DNA from: Polyangiaceae bacterium
Lineage (GTDB): Bacteria > Myxococcota_A > Polyangia > Polyangiales > Polyangiaceae
Length of the DNA: 40,390 nucleotides
Assembly (NCBI GenBank): GCA_035063585.1
Contig: JAPSGB010000040.1
Location: 1-40,390, forward strand
Direction of reading: 5' to 3'
Shown: positions 8,140 through 16,136 of the stretch, in pieces
Numbering within the stretch: the stretch's first letter is position 1
How the letters are laid out: each line of letters opens with the position of its first letter
The notes under the pieces: model-generated
The model's input: the letters and a program-made list of their open reading frames with translations, nothing else
Database searches by the model: none
Told to the model about the DNA's origin: nothing
Program-made: the position numbers and the translations under genes

Positions 8140-8496
8140 CGAAATCACCGCCGACCTTGCAGAGAGCATCGCGTGTACGTCCGTCAGCGCTCGCGAGTTC
8201 ACGCCGACGAGCAGGATCGATTCGAGAAGCGGCGCGAGGCGGATGCCGACGGGGACTTCCAGTGCCTGGAGACGGCCACGAACGCTCTAGAACTCGCCAA
8301 GAGCGCGAGCTCGCTCCTGGAAACGCCCTCCCCCATCGAGTCGCGTGGCTTCCTGGAACGGCGGGTTCGTAACTTGCGCCTGGACCAGCGAGCCCTGCGA
8401 TATGATTTCAAGAAGCCGTTCGACGTGCTCGCCAAGATGCTCGGCGTCGAAATCGTGGCGTCCCCAACGGGATTCGAACCCGTGTTACAGCCTTGA
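8140..8496 (+). pseudogene. C-terminal remnant of a probable large serine recombinase reading into the tRNA antisense strand
   Basis: LELAKSASSL...NLRLDQRALRYDFKKPFDVLAKM resembles the C-terminal tail of tRNA-adjacent large serine recombinases (recognised from memory, not searched). There is no catalytic N-terminal domain or credible start, and it abuts the att repeat. Confidence 0.6.
8445..8465. repeat. att-like direct repeat, tRNA-proximal copy
   Basis: Exact match to 7204..7224. Confidence 0.92.
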
Positions 8497-8533
8497 AAGG
8501 GCCGTGTCCTGGGCCTGACTAGACGATGGGGAC
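8456..8533 (-). tRNA. tRNA-Glu (anticodon TTC), CCA encoded
   Basis: Reverse complement is GTCCCCATCGTCTAGTCAGGCCCAGGACACGGCCCTTTCAAGGCTGTAACACGGGTTCGAATCCCGTTGGGGACGCCA. It has the acceptor stem GTCCCCA/TGGGGAC, the anticodon loop CT-TTC-AA and the T-loop TTCGAAT. Confidence 0.97.
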
Positions 8534-8627
8534 CCGGAAGCGGGCGCGGAACATAGTCAAACCCGGCCGCCCCGACAACCGCCGTCTCGCGCGACCCCCC
8601 GCCGGCCCCCGGCTCGGCCCCCGCGCC

Positions 8628-9644
8628 TCACCCCGCCGGCAGCACGAGCCCCCGCGCAAATGGCTCGAGCGCCGTCGCGAGCGACCTCGCGATCGGCGCC
8701 GGCTCCGGCGGGTTGAACCACGCGAACGGCTCGCCGAGCCGCGCCACCCGAGCGCCGAGCCCGCCCTTCGCGTCGCGCCCCCACACGCCGCCGCGCGAGC
8801 ACTCGACGAGGAGGCTGAGCGCGCCGTGCTGATCGTGGAACCAGTCGAGCTCCATGCCGGGCGCGGTCGCGCCGGGCACCCACCACGACGACTGCCGCGC
8901 GCGATACGGCCGCGCGGGATCGGCGAGGCGCGCGACGAAGCGCGCCCAGCGGCGGTGCTCCCCGGCGTCCACTGCCGCGGCGAGGAGCGCGCCATACGGA
9001 TACAGCACGACCCCGCCGAAGCTATGAAGCGACGCGGCGCGATCCACCACGCTGCCGGTGAGGTACGCGGTGAGCGCGCGGACCTCGGGCTCGCTCGCGG
9101 GGCCGCTCCCACCGGCGAAGAGCTTGCCCGGCAGGAGCCGCGCGGGCGTGAAGGCGTCCCAGTAGCGCGGGAAGTTGCGGTTCAGATCGACGCCCCGCGC
9201 GTTGTGCCGCACGAAGCGCCGGCGCCCCGCGCGCAGGTTCTCCTCCACCCGGCGAACCCCGTCGGGGTTGGCGACCACGACCGACACCACGCGCCGATCG
9301 CGTGGCGGCGCCGCGACCAGTCGCTCGAGCAGCGCGAGATGCGCCTCGATTCCGATCCACTCCATCGGGTGGAGCCCGCTCACGAGCGCGGTCGTGCGCC
9401 GCGCGCTCGCTTCACCGACGACCACGGCGAAGAGCGGCGCGCCCTCGACGCTCTCGCCGATGAGCTCGAGCGCCGCGCCCCGCTCCCCGAACCCCCGGAG
9501 CGCCTCCAGGACCTCTCGATAGTCACGATAGTCCCCGAGCCCGCGACGCTCGAGAACACCCCTCAGCGAGCCGCCACGGCCCCGCGCGAGGGCTTCCTCG
9601 AGGGCCGCGCGGGCTCGTGCTCCTTCAGTCGCCGCGGTCGCCAT
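8628..9644 (-). CDS. M14-family zinc carboxypeptidase
   Basis: GLHPMEW (HxxE), NPDG, RHNARGVDLNRNF, SEPEVRAL, SLHSFG..LYPY and a catalytic Glu in LLVEC. The start is ATG 9644 or 9659. Confidence 0.88.
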   Translation of the reverse strand: MATAATEGARARAALEEALARGRGGSLRGVLERRGLGDYRDYREVLEALRGFGERGAALELIGESVEGAPLFAVVVGEASARRTTALVSGLHPMEWIGIEAHLALLERLVAAPPRDRRVVSVVVANPDGVRRVEENLRAGRRRFVRHNARGVDLNRNFPRYWDAFTPARLLPGKLFAGGSGPASEPEVRALTAYLTGSVVDRAASLHSFGGVVLYPYGALLAAAVDAGEHRRWARFVARLADPARPYRARQSSWWVPGATAPGMELDWFHDQHGALSLLVECSRGGVWGRDAKGGLGARVARLGEPFAWFNPPEPAPIARSLATALEPFARGLVLPAG

Positions 9645-9732
9645 GGGCCCTTCAACCATCGCGGCCGAGCGCGCGGAAGACCAGTCGTTTGACGCGCCGC
9701 ATCATCCCCGAGCGGCGCTATCTTCCCGCGCC

Positions 9733-12231
9733 TTGGACTCCACCCCCGCCCCGAGCGCTCCGCCGCGCCGCGCCGCCACGCCGTTCCCGCTCATCGTGCT
9801 GCTCTTCGTCGCCTCGGGCGCGACCGGCCTCGTCGATCAGCTCTGCTTCTCACGCTACCTCACCTACATCGTCGGCGCGACCGCCTACGCGGTGAGCGCG
9901 GTGCTCGCCGCGTTCATGACCGGGCTCGCGCTCGGCGCGCACTACGCGGGGCGGATCTCGTCACGCGTCCGCCGCCCGCTCGCCGCGTACGGTGTGGTCG
10001 AGCTCGTCGTCGCGCTGGCGGTCGCGCTCTACCCGCTGCTCTCGAGCCTCTCGACGCCGCTCTACGTCGCGCTCGCTCGCGCCGCCCCCGGCTCGCTCGC
10101 GCTCCTCTCGGTGCTCCGCTGGCTGCTCGCGATGGCGCTCGTCATCCTCCCGACCATCGCGATGGGCGCGACGCTGCCGCTACTCTCGCGCTACATCGGC
10201 GCGGGCGCGAGCGCTCGCGGCGACGACGCGACCCATCGCCGAGAGCGCCGCCTGGGCGCGCTCTACGCCGCCAACACCCTCGGCGGTGCCGCCGGCGCGC
10301 TCGGCGCGGCCTACTTCGTGATCCCGGCGCTCGGCCTCTCCGGGACGCTCCACGCCTCCGCGCTCACGAGCGCCATCATCGGCGTCATCGCGCTCGCCTT
10401 CGGAAGGAGCGGCGCGCCGCTCGAGCCGCTCGAGGCCGAGGGGGTGGTGGGCCGGTCCGGCGCGGCCGGCGGCGCGCCCGCGCCTCCCGGCGATGAAGCG
10501 CCCGCCCACCGGCGAGCCGCCGGCGCACCTGCCGGCGACGGCGAGCCCGGCGCGCGCGAGCTCGTGCTGCTCTCGGCCCTCGCCTTCGCGTCGGGGTGGC
10601 TGGTGTTCGCGGCGGAGATCGTGTTCACCCACCTGCTCGCGCTCATCATCGGCAACAGCGCCTACGCGTTCGGGCTCATCCTGGCGGTCTTCCTGCTCTG
10701 CCTCTTCTTCGGCGCCTCGCTCGCGCCGCGGGCGCAGGCGCGCTTCGGCCCGGCCGCGCTGCCGGTCGGGCTCGCGCTCACCGGACTCGCGCTGCTCGCC
10801 GTGCTCCCGCTCTGGGATCTCATGCCTGCGCTGCTCGCCGACACCGGTGAGCGCGTGACCTCGTTCGCCGGACGCGAGGGGCTCCGCGCCGGGGTCGCGT
10901 TCCTGGTCCTGCTGGTGCCGACCACGCTCATGGGGCTCACCTTCCCGCTGCTCCTGCAGCGCGTGGCGCGCTACCGGCGGCTCGGTGAGCTGGTCGGGCG
11001 GCTCACCGCGGTGAACACCATCGGCGCGGTGATGGGCTCGCTGCTCACCGGATACCTGATCCTCCCGCTCCTCGGCTCACAGCGCTCGCTCATCCTGGTC
11101 GCGCTCGCCTTCGCCGCGGCGGCGCTCCCCTCGCTCCGCGGGCTCTCCGCGCGCGCCCGGCGCGCGGCGCAGGTCCTGGCCGGGCTCGCCGCGCTCACGG
11201 CCCTCGCGGTGCCGCGCTGGGATCTCTCGCGGCTGAACCGCGGCACCAACGTGTACTTCGACGGCGGGCAGTCGGCCGGCGAGGTCATGATGCTCCGCGA
11301 GGACGTGCACGGCGGCGTCACCGCGGTCATGCGGCACGAGGGGGTCGACACGCTGCTCACCAACGGAAAGTTCCAAGGAAACACCGGCTGGGAGATGAAG
11401 GCCCAGCGGCTCTTCGCGCACTACCCCTCGCTCTTCGTCAGCGACTTCGATCACGCGCTCGTCATCGGTCTGGGCACCGGCACCACGCTCGGCACCATCG
11501 AGGCGTACCCGTGGCGGCGGATCGACGTCGCCGAGATCTCGCCGTCGATCGCGGAGGCTGCCGCGCGGTTCTTCACCATCCCGAACCGCGACGCGCTCCA
11601 AGACCCGCGCGCGCGCCTGCACCACGCCGACGGTCGCAACTTCCTCCTCGTCAGCACCGATCGCTATGACCTCATCGGCATGGAGCTCTCGAGCATCTGG
11701 TTCGCGGGCGCCTCGAACCTCTACAGCCGCGAGTACTATCGGCTCGTCCACCAGCACCTGAAGTCGGGCGGCATCTTCCAGCAGTGGGTGCAGCTCCACC
11801 ACATCTACCGCCGCGATTTCGCGACCATCCTGCACACGCTCCGCGCGGAGTTCGACCACGTGGCGCTCTTCTACGGCGGCGGGCAGGGCATCCTCGTCGC
11901 CTCGGATCTCCCGCTCCGCGCGTCCGCGGCTCGGCTCGAGGCGCTCGCGGCGCGACCCGCCGTGAAGGAGACGCTCCCGGACGGCCGCTCCCTACCCGGC
12001 CTGCTCGACGACATCCTGGTCCTCGACGCCGGGCTCGACGGCTTCGTCGCCCGCGCGGCCGAGGAGGCCGGCCTCCCGCCCTCGGCGCTGGTGTCGACCG
12101 ACGACAACCTCTACCTCGAGTACGCGACGCCCCGCGGAAACGTGCTGCCCTGGTCGGCCCGGGAGGCCCTGGTCGCGGAGCTCGAGGGCTTCCGTGACCC
12201 GGACGCGATCGACGCCCTGCTCTTGCCGTGA
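9733..12231 (+). CDS. Fused membrane (MFS-like) domain / spermidine-synthase-like SAM-dependent protein
   Basis: Many TM helices with SGATGLV, VLAAFMTGLALG and LYAANTLG motifs. The C-terminus has NGKFQG, LVIGLGTGTT, DVAEIS, DGRNFL and TDDNLYLEY. The start is placed at TTG 9733 to avoid overlap with the divergent gene. Confidence 0.85.
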   Translation: MDSTPAPSAPPRRAATPFPLIVLLFVASGATGLVDQLCFSRYLTYIVGATAYAVSAVLAAFMTGLALGAHYAGRISSRVRRPLAAYGVVELVVALAVALYPLLSSLSTPLYVALARAAPGSLALLSVLRWLLAMALVILPTIAMGATLPLLSRYIGAGASARGDDATHRRERRLGALYAANTLGGAAGALGAAYFVIPALGLSGTLHASALTSAIIGVIALAFGRSGAPLEPLEAEGVVGRSGAAGGAPAPPGDEAPAHRRAAGAPAGDGEPGARELVLLSALAFASGWLVFAAEIVFTHLLALIIGNSAYAFGLILAVFLLCLFFGASLAPRAQARFGPAALPVGLALTGLALLAVLPLWDLMPALLADTGERVTSFAGREGLRAGVAFLVLLVPTTLMGLTFPLLLQRVARYRRLGELVGRLTAVNTIGAVMGSLLTGYLILPLLGSQRSLILVALAFAAAALPSLRGLSARARRAAQVLAGLAALTALAVPRWDLSRLNRGTNVYFDGGQSAGEVMMLREDVHGGVTAVMRHEGVDTLLTNGKFQGNTGWEMKAQRLFAHYPSLFVSDFDHALVIGLGTGTTLGTIEAYPWRRIDVAEISPSIAEAAARFFTIPNRDALQDPRARLHHADGRNFLLVSTDRYDLIGMELSSIWFAGASNLYSREYYRLVHQHLKSGGIFQQWVQLHHIYRRDFATILHTLRAEFDHVALFYGGGQGILVASDLPLRASAARLEALAARPAVKETLPDGRSLPGLLDDILVLDAGLDGFVARAAEEAGLPPSALVSTDDNLYLEYATPRGNVLPWSAREALVAELEGFRDPDAIDALLLP

Positions 12232-12275
12232 GTCCCGAGTGACGGCCGCGCGGGCTCGTGATATTCGAGGCCTGC

Positions 12276-12956
12276 ATGCGCGGATTGCTGCTTCCCTTGA
12301 TGCTCGGGCTCACCGGCTGCGCCACCTCCGTCCAGCGCCTCGACGGCGAGATCCGCGTGCCCACCGGGGACGCGGTCACGCCCTGCGAGCAAGCCGACTG
12401 GCTGGTCGTCGCGCCGACCCGTACCGAGTGGGCCGAACGCGGGCGCAAGACCACCGACACGCGGGATGACGCGCTCGGGCTCTACCGCGTGGGCGCGTCC
12501 TTCCCCGAGTCGATCCCGGGCCTCGCCGACGAGCTGCCCGCGTCACCGATGGTCGAGCGTCACCAGAGCGCGGCGAGCTCCTACGACAACCAGCGGATCG
12601 CTGCCGCCGCGCTCGGCGCCGCCGGCGTCGCCGCGATCGCGATCGGCACCATCGTGTTCATCAACGCCTTCGAGACCACCAGCACGCGCAATTCCGCCGG
12701 CGTCATGGAGGACAAGCAGACCGTGGCGGGCGGCCGCGCGGCGCTCGGAGGCGTCCTCGTCGGGGTTGGGTTCGGTATCGGGATCGGCGGCATCCTGGTG
12801 AGCCCGCGCCAATCCGAGCGGGCGCGCGGCGACTCGGCGCGATATACCTTCCTGCCGCCCGACGACACCCGGGAAGAGGTCGTCCACCTCGCCGACGAGC
12901 ACAACCGTCGGGTACGCGAGCGGTGCGCCAAGCCCGGCGGCCCCGCCGGCGACTGA
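12276..12956 (+). CDS. Hypothetical lipoprotein with two additional hydrophobic segments
   Basis: MRGLLLPLMLGLTGC lipobox and two Gly-rich hydrophobic helices. Confidence 0.7.
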   Translation: MRGLLLPLMLGLTGCATSVQRLDGEIRVPTGDAVTPCEQADWLVVAPTRTEWAERGRKTTDTRDDALGLYRVGASFPESIPGLADELPASPMVERHQSAASSYDNQRIAAAALGAAGVAAIAIGTIVFINAFETTSTRNSAGVMEDKQTVAGGRAALGGVLVGVGFGIGIGGILVSPRQSERARGDSARYTFLPPDDTREEVVHLADEHNRRVRERCAKPGGPAGD

Positions 12957-12962
12957 GCGCGC

Positions 12963-13994
12963 TCAGACGGCGACGTCGAACACCGCGCTCGGCGCCTCGG
13001 CCGCGCGCTCGCCCGACCCCGGCACGGTCTTCGGGCGGCGGAGCGAGGCAGGCTGGCGCGCCACCGAGCGCGTGTGGCACGCGGCGCGGGCCACGATGGC
13101 CTCGCAGAGCTCGGTGAACCCGAACCCTGCCGCGCGCGCGATCTTCGGCAAGAGGCTCTGCGGCGTCATCCCGGGCAGCGTGTTCACCTCGAGCACGTAC
13201 TCGTTCTGTCCCTCGGTGACGAGCAGGTCGACCCGCGCCGCGCCGCTCGTGTCGAGCGCCTCGGCGGCGCGCTCCGCGAGGTTCAGGACGCCGCGGTACC
13301 GGGTGGCCGGGAGCCGCGCGGGCAGGAAATACTCGGTCATCCCCGGGGTATACTTGGCCTCGAAGTCGTACATGCCATGCTTCGGCGCGATCTCGATGGC
13401 GCCGAGCACGCGCCCGTCGAGGATCCCGACCGCGATCTCGCGACCCGCGATGAACCGCTCGACGAGCACCGAGTCGTCATAGCCTCGGGCGAGCTCGATC
13501 GCGCGCGCGAGCTCGGTCATGTTGGCCGCCCGCGAGACCCCGATGCTGGAGCCCTCGCGGCGCGGCTTGGCCACCACCGGGAAGCCGAACGAGCCGTGCA
13601 CCTCCTCGAGGTCGGCGAGCGTGTGCTCCTCGCCGAACACATAGTAGGGCGGGGTCGGGACGTTGTGCAGCCGGAAGAGCTCTTTGCTCTTCAGCTTGTC
13701 CATGGCAAGCGCGCTCGCGAGCACGTTCGAGCCGGTGTACGGGATGCCCAGCATCTCGAGCATGCCCTGCACGCAGCCGTCCTCGCCGTGCCGGCCGTGG
13801 AGCGCGAGGAAGGCGACGTCGATGCTGGCGTCGCGGAAGAGCTCGTAGGGGTTCGTCTCGTCGCCGAGGACGAGCCGGGCCACCTCGCAGCCCGCCTCCT
13901 CGAGCGCGGCGGCCACCGCGGCGCCGGACTCGAGCGAGATCTCTCGCTCCGCGGACGTCCCGCCCATCACGATCCCGATGCGCTTACCCTTCAT
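12963..13994 (-). CDS. ddl: D-alanine--D-alanine ligase
   Basis: GGTSAEREISLESG, LHGRHGEDG, GIPYTGS, MDK, EGSSIG, YDFEAKY and EVNTLPGMT..SLLP. Confidence 0.95.
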   Translation of the reverse strand: MKGKRIGIVMGGTSAEREISLESGAAVAAALEEAGCEVARLVLGDETNPYELFRDASIDVAFLALHGRHGEDGCVQGMLEMLGIPYTGSNVLASALAMDKLKSKELFRLHNVPTPPYYVFGEEHTLADLEEVHGSFGFPVVAKPRREGSSIGVSRAANMTELARAIELARGYDDSVLVERFIAGREIAVGILDGRVLGAIEIAPKHGMYDFEAKYTPGMTEYFLPARLPATRYRGVLNLAERAAEALDTSGAARVDLLVTEGQNEYVLEVNTLPGMTPQSLLPKIARAAGFGFTELCEAIVARAACHTRSVARQPASLRRPKTVPGSGERAAEAPSAVFDVAV

Positions 13995-14089
13995 GGTCGG
14001 CTCCTGGTTCGGTGCCGACCGTTAGCGAATCCGTGGCCCGCCGGACAAGTTTCCCGCGCCGCCGGCCGCGCCGGGCTGCCCTCCTCCCG

Positions 14090-14860
14090 TCAGCAGACCT
14101 CGACCACGACCGCGGTGATGTTGTCCTTGCCGCCGCGGCCGTTGGCGAGATCGATGAGCCGCGTCACGGCGGCCTGCCCGCCGGGGGCGACGAGCGCCGG
14201 CAGCTCCTCGACGCGCAGGTAACCGTGCAGCCCGTCGCTGCAGAGCAGGTACACGTCGCCGAGCTCGAACTCGATGAGGTTGGTGTCGACCTGCACGTAG
14301 TCGCGGTTACCGACCGCGCGGGTGATGACATTGCGGTGCTTGCTGCGCTTGGCTTCTTCCTCGTCGATGAGGCCCTGTTTGAGCTGCCAGGCGATGAGGG
14401 TGTGATCCTCGGTGAGCTGCTCGACCTCGGTCGACCGTACGCGGTACACCCGGCTGTCGCCGACCTGGCCGATGACCGCGAAGTCGCCGAACCGCACCAT
14501 CGAGCTGATGGTGGTGCCCATGCCGGCCTTGCCGCTGTCGAGCTCGGCCATCGCGAACACCATGTACGTCGCGGCCTGGACCGCGCCCTCCACCAGCCGC
14601 TTGGCCGCGCGCGCCTTCTCCTCGCTGAAGGCGCCGCCGAGCTCGAGCGTCCGTTTCCCGCGCTTCACCATGCCGTAGATGGTGTCGATGGCCTCCTGGC
14701 TCGCGACCTCGCCCGCCGCGTGACCGCCCATGCCGTCAGCGACCACCCACAGCCCGAGCTCGTCGTCGCAGAGAAACGCATCCTCGTTGCCCTTGCGTCG
14801 CTTGCCCACGTCGGACGAGCCGTAGGAAGTGACGACGAGCGAGCCCGCTTCGGACGACAT
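14090..14860 (-). CDS. PP2C/PPM-family Ser/Thr protein phosphatase
   Basis: DVGKRRKGNED, VVADGMGGHAAGEVAS, MGTT, VGDSRVY, LTEDHT, RNVITRAVG, LLCSDGL and GGKDNIT. Confidence 0.95.
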   Translation of the reverse strand: MSSEAGSLVVTSYGSSDVGKRRKGNEDAFLCDDELGLWVVADGMGGHAAGEVASQEAIDTIYGMVKRGKRTLELGGAFSEEKARAAKRLVEGAVQAATYMVFAMAELDSGKAGMGTTISSMVRFGDFAVIGQVGDSRVYRVRSTEVEQLTEDHTLIAWQLKQGLIDEEEAKRSKHRNVITRAVGNRDYVQVDTNLIEFELGDVYLLCSDGLHGYLRVEELPALVAPGGQAAVTRLIDLANGRGGKDNITAVVVEVC

Positions 14861-14932
14861 ACCCGCTCAACATAACGCCATCTTTTCAAAAAATCTCCGA
14901 CTCGATCGCCCGCCCGGGGCTCGTGAGGGCTC

Positions 14933-14961
14933 TTGCGGCCGCGCCCGCCGCCAAATACCTT
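14933..14961 (+). promoter_or_regulatory. Putative sigma70-type promoter for the FIST-sctV operon (likely leaderless)
   Basis: TTGCGG (14933-14938), 17-nt spacer, TACCTT (14956-14961), then 6 nt to ATG 14968, with no SD. Confidence 0.5.
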
Positions 14962-14967
14962 CGGGCC

Positions 14968-16122
14968 ATGGCGACCGGGGCACTGAGCTTCGCGGTCCGC
15001 GGGAGAGCGGGCGAAGAGGAGGCTGAGATCGCGCGCGCGCTCGGCGCGGCGCACGCCGAGGTGCGGCGCCCCGCGGCGGCCCTGGTCTTCGCCTGCGGCC
15101 CGCTCGCCGCGCGGCTCGAGCAGGTCGCCGCCGCGGTCGCGCGAGCGACGCCCGGGACGCCGGCGCTGGTCGTGAGCGGCGCCGGCGTGCTCAGCGAGCA
15201 GGGCGCGCTCGAGGGCGAGAGCGCCGCCACCGGCGTCGTGTGGAGCGGCGGGGAGGCGTCGGTGCTCACGACCGACGCCGCCACCCCCGACGAGCTCGGC
15301 GAGGCCTTGGCTCGGCAGCTCGGCGATCGCGTAGGGCGCACCGCCCCGACCGTGCTCGTCTTCCTCCGCTCGAACGGGGTCGACCCCTCCGCGCTCGAGC
15401 CGCTCCGCATCACGCGCGGCACGGGGCATCTCTTCGGCGCAGGCGTGATCGGCACGCCGGGAGCGCTGGCCATCGACGCGCGCGGCCACATCGCGACCGG
15501 CGGCGCGGTGTCGCTCATCCTCCGGGGCGCGCCGCCGCCGCTCATCCGCACCTCAGCCGCTTGCCGGCTGCTCGGTCCACTGCAGACCATCACCGAGACG
15601 CGCGGCTCGATGGTGGTCCGGCTCGGAGGTGAGCCGGCGCTCGATGTCCTCACCGCCGCGGGCGAGTCGCTGCACGGCCAGCCCCTGGTCCTCGCCGCCG
15701 TCGCCGACGAGGCCGCGCCGGGCGAAGCCGCCGGGCGCCCGCCGCTCGTGCTCCGTGGGATAGAGGGCGTCGATCCGTCGAGGCGCGCGATCGTCGTGTC
15801 GGACGAGCTCCGCGAGGGGATGCGCCTCGGCTTTGCCGTGCGGGACGCCGCCGCCGCGCGCGCCGACCTCGAGGCGACCGTGCGCGAGCTGAAGCGCGAG
15901 CTCGCCGGCGCGGTGCCGCGCTTCGGCCTCTACCTCGACTGCGCCGGCCGCGGACCGGCGCTCTACGGCGCACCCGACGTCGATCTCCGAGTCCTGCGCG
16001 CGGGGCTCGGCGAGCTGCCGCTCGCCGGGATGCGCTCGGCGTTCGAGCTCGCGCCGCTCTCGGGCCGGCCCGCGCTCCACCTCTACACGGGCGTCATCGC
16101 GCTCTTCACCTCACCCAGCTAG
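14968..16122 (+). CDS. FIST-domain (FIST_N + FIST_C) sensory protein
   Basis: SAACRLLGPLQTITETRGSMVVRLGGEPAL, LVLRGIEGVDP, GFAVRDAAAARADL, LYLDCAGRG.ALYG, LPLAG....ELAP and LHLYTGVIALF follow the FIST layout. Confidence 0.85.
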   Translation: MATGALSFAVRGRAGEEEAEIARALGAAHAEVRRPAAALVFACGPLAARLEQVAAAVARATPGTPALVVSGAGVLSEQGALEGESAATGVVWSGGEASVLTTDAATPDELGEALARQLGDRVGRTAPTVLVFLRSNGVDPSALEPLRITRGTGHLFGAGVIGTPGALAIDARGHIATGGAVSLILRGAPPPLIRTSAACRLLGPLQTITETRGSMVVRLGGEPALDVLTAAGESLHGQPLVLAAVADEAAPGEAAGRPPLVLRGIEGVDPSRRAIVVSDELREGMRLGFAVRDAAAARADLEATVRELKRELAGAVPRFGLYLDCAGRGPALYGAPDVDLRVLRAGLGELPLAGMRSAFELAPLSGRPALHLYTGVIALFTSPS

Positions 16123-16136
16123 TCGAGCGCTCCCCC

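Larger units (their letters stand above)
7204..8465. mobile_element. Relic genomic island integrated at the tRNA-Glu 3' end (higBA plus recombinase remnant)
   Basis: Identical 21-bp direct repeats at 7204..7224 and 8445..8465, the right copy overlapping the tRNA 3' end. The interior is visibly more AT-rich than the flanks. Confidence 0.85.

Noticed and set aside
8086..8496. ORF 8086..8496 as an intact 136-aa gene
   Set aside because: Its start overlaps higA and has no SD, and it ends within the tRNA. It is better explained as a recombinase fragment.
12963..13994. ddl as a VanA-type glycopeptide resistance ligase
   Set aside because: The omega-loop Tyr is retained, and there are no vanH/vanX/vanRS neighbours.
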